A stretch of DNA of 64,000 nucleotides from the NCBI RefSeq assembly GCF_006345805.1, contig NC_042999.1, forward strand, positions 97,526,001-97,590,000. Reading direction: 5' to 3'. Source of the DNA: Octopus sinensis. Its lineage: Eukaryota. The position numbers and the translations under genes are program-made. Every line of letters starts with the position of its first letter. The stretch's first letter is position 1. The notes under the pieces were generated by a model. That model saw only the letters and a list, made by a program, of their open reading frames with translations. It did not search any database and was not told the origin of the DNA. Of the stretch, positions 51,496 through 64,000 are shown in pieces.

Positions 51496-52082
51496 TTAAG
51501 TCATAGAGAAGGGAAAGGGAAATTAATTCAATAATTACAGGTGAAATATAAGGCAAAATTCAGTGATATATATAAAGAGGCTGAAATTTGTTTTTGAATT
51601 AATGTCAAATTTTCTAAAAAAAATTGATTCAAGTTAAAACTTGGCATCATTTAATCCTACAGAATTGAATTTCTGATTGAACTAAATGACATTGCTATTA
51701 TTATTTACTTCAGATCAGCCTTGATTTGATCATCCTTTTGCTTTTTAGGACAGAATACCTAGAACAACATTATTATATATACCCTATTTTTAAGACAGTA
51801 GGTTGAAATTTGGAGGAAATTTGACTGCTATTTCTAGAGTGACTTAAATAGAAGCTTCCTTGTTAGCTTGTAGACTACATACATAGTTTTAAGGTGCAAC
51901 TGTACTGAACTGTGCTGATATGTGGCTTATTCTGAAATATGACAAGTAAAGCTCCTTAGTTTTCTTGCAAAATTTCCTTAACTTAGCCTTATACTCAATG
52001 TACATCATGTTTTTGATAGAATGCATCATTTCATTTAACAATATGATTGCTAATCTGTTTAATTTCAATCTTTCTTTTACAG

Positions 52083-52235
52083 GGAATTACTCGGAAAAGT
52101 TGCTCAAGTATCTATTGCAGATTTGAAAAGAGTTGGTCCAAAATATATTCCAAATCTCTTTGACCCTGCGAAGAACCGATGTTCGGTGTGTTGTCACCCC
52201 TCAAAGGTTGAAGAAGTATGCAATGGACTAAACCA
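52083..52235 (+). CDS. M16 peptidase exon 22
   Basis: TTACAG|G...CA|GTAAGT. ELLGKVAQVSIADLKRVGPKYIPNLFDP..VCCHPSKVEEV. Confidence 0.94.
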
Positions 52236-53473
52236 GTAAGTTTTCTTTTCAGCAGTTCTTAGTTTTTACTATCTTATTACTACTGTATAGGAGAGGTGAT
52301 GGTTGTTCAACCAACTACATTTTTGCCACTACATATTTGTTAACCCTGTGCTAACATATTTAATCATATTACCTTCACTGATTTTATAATTATTATTACT
52401 ATTTTTTTTTTGTCCATTTTTACCACATTTTTTTGTCTTCCTGTTGTTTTCATGTCCACTCTTAAATGTCTGCATCTCTCCTCAATTTGGAAAGTTTGCA
52501 ATGATATTAGCAGTCAATAGATAACTTAACGTTCAGTTTGTCTATGTGCATCAAATAAGCATTTAAAAATAACAAGGTTGTGATACTGGACTGCCAACCA
52601 CATGGACATGAATGAGTTGAAACCTTGCTACTGAAGATATTTGTAGTTTAGTGGATAGTGGTAGAAAGCGCATTCAGCTATAAAAGCAATCAATTGCTTC
52701 AACAAAATTTATCCCACTTATGAGAAGAAAAATGTTAGATGGTGTTGAAGTGTTTGATAAATTATTGATTGTGATATGACAAATGATTGTATGTAGTGTA
52801 CCTAGATACTGAAGGTATACATCATGTTCTGTATCTAGGTAGGGTAAATCAACTTAAGGAAGCAGCAAAATGATTGAGAAAATAAAGATATTGTACTACA
52901 AACTCCAGTTCAAAATTACTGTCTATATTTTGCTGTGTTTTTAGATTCACCCAGCTGTGATGAAAGATATCAGATGTCTTGAGAATGTGACATGCAATAA
53001 ACAAGGTGTCCTATCCAAGAGGAGGTTTTAAAATACTGTCACTTTATCTACAATACCATAAAGCAAAGGTTAAACAGACTATTGAATATCTGTTTAAAAG
53101 GCTTGGTAGAATATTCTGTATTTTCTCACTGGAGAAACAGAACTCTTGTCTGTTTATAGTACTACCTATTATGTTTACAGGTAGATGAACTCAGCACTTT
53201 ATTCTTGGTTAGACGAAAGATATCACCCCATCTAACATCTTTTGAGGTTATCACAAAAACACATGATGAATCCAGTATTGCAATCTTCAATATGTTCCTC
53301 TCTTTATTCACAGCTGGATGCAAAGCTGTAGAAAGTGTATCCAGCCTTAAAAACAAAACAGTGAGAGTGTACAGATATTAAAAATATATATATATGCTCA
53401 ATGCACATACTTTATATATAATATATGTGATACTAATTTCTATAATTTGTTTTTTTTGTGTTTTCTTTGCCAG

Positions 53474-53537
53474 GGTTAACTTGAAGTTGGATGTATTATC
53501 AAGCATGAATGAGGACTTTTTGGTGAATGTCTGCTAA
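53474..53537 (+). CDS. M16 peptidase exon 23 (terminal, stop TAA)
   Basis: TGCCAG|G GTT AAC...TGC TAA. VNLKLDVLSSMNEDFLVNVC*, phase consistent. Confidence 0.85.
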
Positions 53538-53673
53538 AGCTTAACTAACATTGTTAAGTGATGCTTCTACTTTACACAGAAACCAGCAACAATTTGTTAG
53601 ACACTTTTGAGTTCTATTGTTGCTAACTTCAAAATTTTCAAATACCATTCTTCTGTTGATGATTTAAGGGTGT

Positions 53674-53679
53674 AATAAA
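53674..53679 (+). terminator. Candidate polyadenylation signal
   Basis: AATAAA 137 nt after the stop, followed by a GT/T-rich tract (GTGTTCCTTATCTTTT). Confidence 0.5.
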
Positions 53680-54069
53680 GAACATCAGATAAATAGTGTT
53701 CCTTATCTTTTCCCTAATGTTCTAGGGATGACTATTACTAAAAATTGAGATGAGCAGAATGTAAAATGAAACACCAGATGTCACACTTCATCCAAGTATT
53801 TTTTGTTCAGTCATAGATTGCTCATTTTTACATTTGTTTTTCCATGCTTGCATGTTATTGCAACATTGGTTTACAGCCAAATGCCTTTCCTGATACTAAC
53901 CCTTACTTGTTTTTGAAATAATAATACCTGTTTTATTCCACATGGCTTTGAAGGCATTAAGTAGACAGTTGATTAGACAGAAGTACCACTAACAACACCA
54001 CTGACATGCAGATGGAAACAAACACAAAAGACACGTGAATACACACACCCATAAATAAATGCCTCTGTG

Positions 54070-54520
54070 TTTTGCCATCTCTAATTGTAGAGGGAACATG
54101 TGGAAGGGGTAGACCCTGGAAGACGTGGGACAAAATGGTGAGAAAGGATCTACAAACGTTGGGACTCACAGAGGGGATGACAGAGGACCAAGACTCCTGG
54201 CAGTTTGCTATGCTTGAAAAGACATGTCAATTTAAGTACACGTGTGGTTACCTTTGCATACAGGCTTGTCCATTGCAGCTCTCTCCAGCTGAGTATCCCT
54301 AATTTTGCAGGCTTGTAAGTTCTGGTGCCACATAAAAGGCACCTGTGCCAGTGCTGCATAAAAGCATCCAGTACACTGTAAAGTGGTGGGCATTAAGAAT
54401 GGCATCCAGTTGTAGAAACCATGTCAAAACAGACATGGAGCTTGAACAGCCCTTCAAATGGTATCTCCTGTCAAAGCATTTACCATGCCAGCATGGAGAA
54501 TGGACATTAAATGATGATTA
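54070..54520 (+). mobile_element. RTE-BovB-like 3' end
   Basis: VEGTCGRGRPWKTWDKMVRKDLQTLGLTEGM and tail TTAAATGATGAT. Further 3'-UTR-only copies at ~36890-37125, 54620-54790, 56714-56910 (-) and 60815-61015. Confidence 0.8.
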
Positions 54521-55649
54521 TACACCACCTGGCATAAGGCCACCACTCCCTCTCAAACACAACCCCCAAACATACATAGCCTTCTTTTTTTTTTTCTTGT
54601 TTTACAAGTTATTTGGCAACTTCATTAGTGCCAATGGCACAAAAAAGGCATCCAGTATGTTTTGTAAAATGGTTGGCATTAGGAAGGGCATCTAGCTGTA
54701 AAAACCATGCCAAAGCTGACATCAGCTCAACAGTCCTGCAGCTTATTAGATCCTGTGAAACCATCCAACCCATACCAACATAGAAAACAAATACAAAGTG
54801 ATATGCCAGGCCTCTTTTCAGTTTCCATCTACAAAATCCCCAAATCCACTCCAAGACTTTGATTGGTACAGAAGACATTTACCCAAGGTAGGTGCCATGC
54901 AGTGAGGTTTGATCCCAAAACCATGTGGTTCAGAAGTGAACTTCTGAAGCACAGCCATACCTGCAACTATTTTGATGACTTGAATTATTTCTTTTATTAT
55001 AACATATGAATCTTAAAACAAAAGGAAACTATGAAATTATTCTAGTTGTCAGACATGTTATGTTAACTTACATCAGAAAGATGCAAAATATACATGTAAA
55101 AATATATATTGTTCAATTAGCACACGTGTGTGTGTGTACTTATAAACCTTTGAATGTTTTCAGCCATTTTCTTTTCTAAAGTTGGGGTTGCCCTTTGTAT
55201 TCCTCGTGGTTTCTTTCTTAAGGCAGTGTTTTAAAGCCTGATATCCCTCTTGTCATGAATTCCTTCAGTCACCTCTTATGACATGCAGGGATATGGTATG
55301 CTTATTTTAAAACAGGGATACACATGGTTAAATACCGAATATGTAAATTTATAATATATGAATTTACTCTTAGCTTTCAATGCATAACAGTTATTTACTG
55401 ATAGGCTATCAAACCTTGAGACCTCAAAATTCTTTATAACATTGTTGCACAGTTTTCTCTATAATTTACAAATAAATTTGGATTTCAGTTTATTTTTGTA
55501 TATGAAGAGGGGTTCACCAATGTTCCATGCACTATCATAAGGTTTAGGAGAATCTTGGTTAGATACTCCTCACCCATCTGACAATTATATATCTGATTCA
55601 TCTGAGACTGGATGATAAGAAGTGCTTCAGTAACTGAAGTCATGGATGT

Positions 55650-56650
55650 GATGCAAGCATCAACCTGGATCTATAAGGAGTCAAGTCTGATTTGTAAAGC
55701 AAGGTAGAAGGGACTACAGCTTGATATATACACATCAATATTTATTTATCTTCAAAGTAAGGCCTCTCACATTTCAGATAAATTACTGCAATTTACCAAA
55801 GGAGGCATTTGCTTAGGATAATCTATTCACGAGATCATCATCCAGGGAAATTTGCATCTTCCTACTACCCATGTAAGGGAAAGATTTTACATCTTATATT
55901 ATGGTCGTCTAATTGTAGGAAATTGAATTATAAATTCATGGGAAACTTTTTGCTAATATGGAAGCGCATGCATGTTCCTTAGGTTTTTGAAGATGCTTCC
56001 ATCAAACATATTTACAAAAACAAAAGCAATAAAGTAATTTCTGGTAATCCCAGTTTTATTTCCCTTTCTACTATTAGTAAATTTCTGGTTTGTCCTATTC
56101 TACCTAAACAAACTCATTACTCAAGTTGTAGATAATTTACCCTGAACCCCTGCATGACTTTAAGCCAGATAAAGAAAGAAACATTTTGACATTGCCTTTG
56201 GATCAGGTTACAGAAAAAAGTATGAGATATCAGGCTACATTGTTTTTGTTGACCTTACCAAGACTTTTGATAAAGTAACAACAGTAGGAGGCTCAAAAGA
56301 AAAAAAACCTGCCAAATGTGATTATTTCCCTTTGTAAAGGTATGAAGGCTGCAGTTATGACAGCAACAAAATCATTTGGAGACAGTAACGGCACCTTGGT
56401 TTCGGAACTTTTTTCTCTATATTTCTCAACAATTTGTTTCTCATATTAATGGAAGATGTTTTTCAATTACCAGAATTTCAAAGCGAATTACATTACAAAC
56501 AGAGTAAATTTGATTCTCAACATGATAATTACTGCTGATGCAGCAATCATGGGAGCATCTTTTGATAGTTCTCTGTTGTATAACATTTCTCACATAATGT
56601 TAAAACCTTTGCTTTCATCATAAGATCAAATACTATAAGGCATTCTGTTT
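55650..56650 (+). mobile_element. Very decayed RTE-clade LINE RT
   Basis: F.DASIKHIYKNKSNK, ISLST and FVDLTKTFDKV remnants. Confidence 0.5.
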
Positions 56651-56999
56651 GTTGTAATGACTGTGAGCACCGCTGGTTTGATTATCATCTTATAATCTCA
56701 CCAACACTCTTTTCATCATCATCATCGTTTAGCGTCCGCTTTCCATGCTAGCATGGGTTGGACGGTTCAACTGGGGTCTGGGAAGCCAGAAGGCTGCACC
56801 AGGCCCAGTCTGATCTGGCAATGTTTCTACGGCTGGATGCCATTCCTAACACCAACCACTCTGTGAGTGTAGTGGGTGCTTTTTACGTGCCACCGGCACA
56901 GGTGCCAGAGTTTGTACAATGAAAGGTAGATCTGGATTGATTGTAGAGATTCTAGAGCCAAATACCCTATATTCTCAAGAAAACAGACTAGCAAAATTA

Positions 57000-58500
57000 T
57001 AAATAGTTATGGTTTCCCAAGAGGAGACAATAAATAATGCCAGGTTTTGGCTCAGAAGGTATACAAGCTAAAAGATTATTGTAATTTCCAAGAAGTATTG
57101 TGTAATAGAGAGGAGGAGACAATTGGACTGGAATATGGAAGACAACTGGATTTTCCTCTCAGTTGCAGACCAGATTTGTATGTAGAACAAACTTTTGGTA
57201 CCAGACAAGCTAACACTGGTACAGTAACAAAGGCATAAAAACTGAGACAGGACTGGAAAGTGTGAGAGAAAAGTACGGAGCATGAAACATCGGGTAGCTA
57301 CAAGAAAAGGTAGACCTCATGTATATCTAGAAGTCTGCCAATGTTTTGTGTTTATGAGGAGCAGTAGAATAAGGTGTTTAAAGAACTTGAAAGTGGAATC
57401 AAGAGGTCTAAAAGATTTTGTAAAAATACCAAAGAAATTAAGTCTTGCATAAGGACATTGAGAAACTACCTTCAAATGGAGCCAGCTGTCAAGTTTAGTT
57501 TCAATAAGAAAAATGAAAGAGAAAGCAAAAAATTCATCCGGATTAGTGGAGGCAGTTAGAGGCCTGATACTGATGAAATATGCCTTGATTGTAGTTGAAA
57601 ATTTTGGTGAAGTTAATTTAGAAGACATTAAATAAGCTGCAGTTTGGAGTGTGTACCATGGTGTATAACCACAGGTATGACATTTCAAGTAAAACAGCTG
57701 CAAGAGAAATTCTTCATTCAAAACAATCCACTCATGGTACCCTAGTCTGTGCTAAAGAAATCAGGTGTAGATGAATGTCTTATGAAAGCTGTGTAACTTA
57801 TGTACTGGGGTGATGTTAGTAAGGGTAGGTTTTACAATAAGAAATTAAGCCTTCAAGTATTATAAATATCTTTTAGGGTTGCTCCACCTTTATCCTATTC
57901 ATTACAGTCCTTGAGTCTACAAAACAAGTTTTCAGTACTCAGAAACTTAAATTGAAGTCCTGGTTCTCCTGGCAGAAACTTTTTGAGAAAGGTTCCAAAC
58001 TTGTAAGTTAAGTTAGAGCCAAACATAGAAAGCCTAACGTACCAGTTAGTAAGACAGGGAGAGAGCATGAAATCCTTGTTCAATATATATTTTAGGAACT
58101 TGATACTCTATACTCAGGGTTAACAATGGTGAGGAGAGCTCTTGGGCAAGATTACTGAGAACCAGGATTCAAAATGTGATAGATGCACAAGAGCAGTAGT
58201 CTCAAGGCATTGGTACACTGGGCAATTGCTCAGCAGGTATAGAATCCCAGTGCTGTGACTTGTTATCAGTAAAGAAATACTACAGGCTCCATTACCTAGG
58301 AAGGGGCCAATAATAGGGTTAGTCATAACAGAAAGTTCATGAATTGCTCATATTTATCAGTAGATATAAATCTAACATGTGATCTAGATATAAGGAAAGC
58401 TTAAGTGTAAGGAAGGGCTGCAAGAAGTTGTTAGCATTGTTGATGAAAAAAGTTTCTCTGTATACAAATTTTATGTTTAATCTGTGTTCGAGACAAATGT
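57000..58500 (+). mobile_element. Very decayed RTE-BovB-like LINE
   Basis: Scattered similarity to the other RTE copies (LKKSGVDE, CDRCTRAV, GKKFLC regions). Confidence 0.4.
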
Positions 58501-59404
58501 GAGTTGGGTTTTTTTTTTCAAAACTTATGGAACAATGAACAGCTTCATCTACTGATGATTTGTAGTTCTCAAATACTTCTTTTTTTCTTTGTGTGAAAAA
58601 CCAACTTTACAGGGTCACTCTTGAGGCACTTAGGTACGTGTTATTCAAATATCTGTTTGCTTGCATGACTGACATGGAGGTGAGTTCAAAATATCAACTT
58701 CACAAGCTGATGTCTTTAGCTTTTGTTTAAAACAATTTTAAAATATTATATTTTTATTTTTTGTTATATTTTTTAATGGCAAAAATAATACAATCTAACA
58801 AATTCTTGCACTGTGCTAGATAAAAGAGCTTATATAAAATAAATGAAGTCCTATATATGAAGAATTTATTTGACTGTGAATTGACCACTATACAAATGGT
58901 AACCTAACCACTGCAGATGGTTTGTCAAAGAACAGAATATTTGACTCCATAGTTATGGTTTTGATGAAAGCTAGGAACTCCCATCTTTATAGAATGGAAT
59001 AGTTAAGTAGACAACAAACAAGAGAAGACTAAATGGATAGAGGTTCTTACTGATTAACCAACCAAGTGATTGGTAGTTCATATCCTGTCACTGGTGTTGT
59101 GCTATGTCTATTGTGAAAATCTTTTCACAATGACTTGGTTCACTAAGCTGTACAGTTATGTCACTGGCCGAAATAATTTATTGTTGTGCTGAATTCAGTT
59201 CCAACTGTACAAAAATGTTGTTTATGATAAATATCCAAATGAATATTGATCTCTTTTCATCTTTTTAACGCTTTGGAAACTGGAGATAAATACCAACTCA
59301 CTAGACAAGAGATATAAATATTAACTCAGTGGACAGGTGAATCTTTAAAAGGAAGTGATAAATAATTATATCAAATAGTTTCCCTGACCTCAAGTATAAC
59401 TCTA

Positions 59405-59525
59405 GTACCCTCCATCAGGCATTTGCCATATCCTGAACGCCTTACTTCCCTGGGCATGGACACATTGGAACTCCGACGTCTAGCAGCTGACTTGGCAGAC
59501 ACCCATAAAATTATCAACCATCGTA
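59405..59525 (+). mobile_element. CR1-like LINE 3' scrap
   Basis: LPYPERLTSLGMDTLELRRLAADL..THKII. Confidence 0.65.
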
Positions 59526-61044
59526 CAAATGACATAAACTTGCCCTCTCCTCATATACACAGAGAAATTTGCTCATACAAGAGGGAGAGAATGAAAGAAA
59601 CCTTAAAACTTCTGATGTTAAATCAGCAAAACAAATAGGCAATGCCAAAATATATCATACATTCTGATTACAAAATGTATGCTTGATAGTAGTATTTAGT
59701 TTTATTATTCTTTGATCAGTTCAAATTTTACTAGGACCAATCTGCTTTGTTTTGGGCCCTCAACTCTTTTATGGAGTCATGCAGGTGCCATTATGACTTA
59801 TGGCATGTCTTGGGTACTAAAGGTCAATTTACATCATGCCAGCTACAATAATAAAATGGAATTGGAAAAGGTTTATTTAGATGGCCAGTTATCTATTTCA
59901 CCTATATGAAAGAGAAAGCCTCTAAATGGTCATTCAACCTGTTAGAAATAACAACCAAAATATGAAGAAAGACAGTTGGTAATGTAGTTCTAAATATGCT
60001 ATGCCTTGAAGTTGGAATGGTCACAGCTAGGATGAATGCATTTTATCATACATAGGACTGATTTGTCATGACTAATATAGGGTCAGACAATATCAGCTTC
60101 ATAATCAGCATTAGAGCAAGAAAATTTCATGTATTATGGTTACTTTCCAATCCTGTTCTATCTACATGCCCTGTCTCACTCTATTATTGCTATCTGCTAG
60201 CCCTTGACTTGGGTGTTCCAACCACATGTAACAAGAAAATTTTTCTCTCACCATACCCCAACAAACTAATCTACATCTCTTTCTCACATTTCCTCCTTCA
60301 TACACTATGCCTAGCTCTCACTCCCCAATACTGTCCTCACACATCTGTATATGCAGGTCTTTCACCACTTAGTCACACTCTTTAATCACTCCCTTCACAG
60401 TATCCTGCCACTTATATTATGGCACTGAACCTCAAGAGTATGCCCTGGCACTTTCCACCATCTGTATCTCTCTCTTCCTTTACTCAAACATCTCATTTAT
60501 ATTCTGATCCCCATTCCTTGTGAGTATGCCTGGCATTTTGCCACCATCTCTATCCTACTGTCTCTCACTCTCTCTCTCTTTCTCCTGCACTTCACTCAGG
60601 TTGGGCAACCGTGTATTTTCTTTGTGGAAGCATTCCTGTTTCTGTCTTCATTCTTGATCTTTCTCTCTGGCTGGGTAACCTTGTACTTCCTCTACAGCAA
60701 GACACCTGTCTCTCTCTCACTATAAACTTTTCATCATTATCTCCTCCAGTGCATCCTCCCCTCTTAAAGATTTTTTTGGTTTGCAAGTACTTGGCCAAGT
60801 GTCTTCTACTATAGTACAGGTGCCACTTAAAAGCACCCAGTCCACACTGTAAAATGGTTGGTGTTCAGAAGGGCATCCAGCTGTAAAAATCCTGCCAAAA
60901 TAGTTATAGAAGTCTTGTGCGGACTTTGCCCAGGCTGGCTCTTGTGGAAGCGTCCCACCTATGCTAGCATGGAAGATGGACAGTAAACGATGGTGATGAT
61001 GATGATGATGATGATATGTCAAAAACCAGAAGTGAAGTCTTTGA

Positions 61045-61255
61045 CCCTTTAGCATTTAAACCAGTCATATCAGGCCTAAATATTCTACCTGTTTTATGTT
61101 CAAACTGGGAAGATCTGGCTTCTCACACCTAACTTACAATGTCATTCTAAAAATATACAATCACATCATTAAAAACACAAAGCTACAAGGTAAGTAATTG
61201 AAAACGGTGAATAAATAAGCATTATATTTGAGAGAGTACTCTGAATGCTGAAGAG
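61045..61255. mobile_element. piggyBac-type MITE (decayed)
   Basis: TTGA|CCCTTTAGCATT ... AATGCTGAAGAG|TTAG. Confidence 0.6.
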
Positions 61256-61342
61256 TTAGAATAATGGGCAATTAACGTTCATGCTGTATATTGTTGATTT
61301 TTTTCCATTTAACTCTTTTGTTTTTTTCTTATAACTCTTTCT

Positions 61343-61548
61343 TTTACTTGTTTCAGTCATTTGACTGTGGCCATGCTGGAGCACTGCCTTTAGTTGAGCA
61401 AATCGACCCCAGGACTTATTCCTTGTAAGCCTGGTACTTATTCTATCGGTCTCTTTTGCCGAATCACTAAGTTACAGGGATGTAAACACACCAGCATCAG
61501 TTGTCAAGCGATGTTGGGGGACAAACACAGACACACTAACACACACCC

Positions 61549-61579
<31 letters not shown>

Positions 61580-61712
61580 CAACGGGCTTCTTTCAGTTTC
61601 CGTCTACCAAATCCACTCACAAGGCTTTGGTCAGCCCGTGGCTATAGTAGAAGACACTTGGCCAAGGTGCCATGCAGTGGGACTGAACCCAGAACCATGT
61701 GGTTGGTAGGCA
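61343..61712 (-). mobile_element. tRNA-derived SINE, near full length
   Basis: Reverse complement of the family at 3551-3910. Partial copies at 15430-15640, 17765-17850, 22700-22830 and 54820-54965. Confidence 0.8.
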
Positions 61713-62283
61713 ACTTTTGTAAAAATTTAATTTATTTATTCTAAAATTGTTTTTCATCTTTATATATTCTAATGTTAATTAGAAATATTTCTATATCTGC
61801 TCTGAAATAGAGAGTAGTATAGAGTAAAAGTCAGCAATAGGATAAGAGTTGTAAAAATGAAAATAAAAAAATTCACTTACAAAAAAAAACAATCTACACA
61901 ATTTTTTTTTTCTCGTCCATGGGAATTTCTCCCAGACAGCATTGGCAGTCCTTGAAATGTCACAATAAAAATTAGACTCCAAAATTAAATCTTTCACTTA
62001 GGTCATGGGCAAATAAACAAACATACGAAAACAAAAATACAAACAGAGAGAGAGACGGCAGGTTTAAACTGGTTTCCTTCAATTCTGCTGTTTAGTGACA
62101 GGTAATGTGAAAATTATTGTTAAGTGAATGCTTTGTTGTGTGGAAGCTGTTGCTACATTGAGCAAGTAACTACATACAAAACTTTTAACCAAATTTTTTT
62201 TTATAGAATGACTGTGAGTTAGTGCATGGGTAAATTGAAGTATAATATATCTATTGTACAATGCACAGTGAATTAGAATGTGG

Positions 62284-62525
62284 GGTACAGTAAAGTTGTA
62301 TGGTGAACTGGTAATGGACATACAGTAAAGTTGTGCATAGTGACCTGATGTTTGACATATTGAAGTTGTAGATGGTGAACCAGTGTGTAAGATGTAGGTA
62401 TGTCGTATATGGTGAACTGGTATGTGACATACAGTGAAGGTGTGTATAATGAACTGATGTGTGACATATAATAGAGTGTGATAAACTGGTATGTAGTAAT
62501 CTGATATATTGTAAACTGAAATGTA
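62284..62525. repeat. Degenerate ~35-bp tandem repeat
   Basis: Recurring TGGTGAACTGGTATGTGACATACAGTGAAGGTGTGTA-like unit, about 6-7 copies. Confidence 0.65.
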
Positions 62526-62895
62526 ATGAGTTGATTAAAGTTTAACCACTCGTGAATATCAATAATCAATGGTACTGGTTAATGAGAATGGCTTGGTAGC
62601 ATGTACTGTGCTTTTGCTAATTGTTTTAGGTGCCTTCTCAGACCTCTCACTCTTGACCTAGCAGACTTTCCAGGATGTGGTAGTTGGAGGAAGAGAGAAC
62701 TGCATCATTTCAAGTGAGAAGATTGGAGCAATATGAAATGAAGTGCCTTGCTTAAGGGAACACAATTTGTGGTCCAGGGATTGAGCCTATAACTTTATGA
62801 TCATGAAATCAACATACAGAAAAAAAAGTACTCAGAACAACTGTTATTACATTATTTACATTCAATGGATATTTGTCCTCATCTTGTTTGTTGTT

Positions 62896-62941
62896 AACAC
62901 AACATTTCAGCAGATATACCCTCCAGCCTTCTTCAGGTGTC
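62896..62941 (-). ncRNA. Decayed minimal hammerhead ribozyme motif
   Basis: Minus strand GACAC-CTGAAGA-A-GGCTG..CTGCT-GAAA-TGT-T-GTGTT. Confidence 0.5.
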
Positions 62942-64000
62942 TTGGGGAAATTTCGAACTGTAACTATGTTATTGTTTAAACTTAGATCAGATATTATTCA
63001 GTTGACTTAGAATCAAAAACATTCAAGCCTTGACTATCCTGCCATTTCTTTTTTAGGAATAGTGTATCTTGGATTATATCATTTAATGTGTCCTTTCTCT
63101 TTCAAGATAGTGAGGTGCTATTTGAGAGAAATTTGGCTGCTATTTCTCACAGGTTAAACAATCACAGAGACTGCTTTATTGACTTGCCTAATTCAATGTT
63201 GTTGTTTAGCCCCAGGTCAGTCCAGATCAAGTAATCCTACAATCAAAGCATTCCAGGTGTGACTATCCCAACTTTATTCAAGCAAAGCTATTTAGACAAT
63301 ATCATAAAATCTAGCCTTCCGTTTTTTAATAAGGACGTAATTTTGGCGGAGATTTAGTTGCAATTTTTAACAAGTCAGGTCAATCAAACATGAAAAGATT
63401 TTCTCATTAGTTTGTTTACAATGGCATAGGGATGAATCAGCATGCAGGGTACAGTAATTGCATCTGGAGGTCTAAGTTTGGTTTGGTTTTCTTTTTTATA
63501 TTTTGCAAAATGAGTTTGTCACAGGTGGAATGGCAATGCTCACAACCTTTCTTTCAGCCAGCAGAAGTTTACCCAGACAAGAGACCAGGTCTGACCACTT
63601 ACAACAGAATGGTCCCGCTAAAAGCACCTGAAGGCAACAGGTTAACTCTACCATCCCCAAAACAAGAATGACCCTTCCAATAGGTTTCCACACAGTTTTC
63701 ATCAATCAAATTTCTCTAACAAGGCTTTGGCTTACCTGAAGCCCCAGTTGAAGACACTATCGAACAAGAAAGCATGTAGTTGTGAAGATTGGCCAAAAGT
63801 TTCAAGAATTCATTGATTATGATGATGATGATGGTATCAGGTATTTCCTTAGGGAAGGCCCTATTATAGGACTTTATTGCAGGGTCAACTTTATTGTTAT
63901 ACTATTACTTATGCAAGGTCAAATTTGAGAGAGAAGTTTACAGTCTGTAAAGTCAAATAACAAAATTTTACACCTTTGAAGATGACAAGGTATGGGAGCC

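Noticed and set aside
53700-64000. Second host gene downstream
   Set aside because: I found no chain of splice-consistent exons with recognisable protein similarity. The region is decayed LINE, SINE and MITE sequence, though small exons could be missed.

Overview
AT-rich, intron-containing animal genomic DNA, most likely an octopus or other coleoid cephalopod. This is inferred from the tRNA-SINE, RTE-BovB and (TA)n/(CA)n repeat content and was not tested. The window holds one complete + strand gene of 23 coding exons (9681-53537). I spliced it by hand into an uninterrupted 3054-nt frame (1017 aa), with GT-AG introns and consistent phases throughout. It encodes an M16 (inverzincin/insulinase) zinc metallopeptidase with HTLEH...E, resembling the uncharacterised C. 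elegans C05D11.1 family. The rest is a mosaic of decayed mobile DNA: Chapaev3-like, mariner, piggyBac MITEs, Helitrons, CR1-like, RTE-BovB, RLE-type and L1/Tx1-like LINEs, a Gypsy integrase scrap and many SINEs. Most notable oddities: (1) a 28S rRNA fragment ending in an RTE-type (GAT)n tail in intron 2; (2) minimal hammerhead-ribozyme motifs of the Penelope type, one in sense orientation in intron 9 inside a (TA)n/palindrome module; (3) several long palindromes, including a ~770-bp one with telomere-like repeats and a perfect 98-bp-arm hairpin. Repeat boundaries are approximate and family names come from motif recognition, not database searches.
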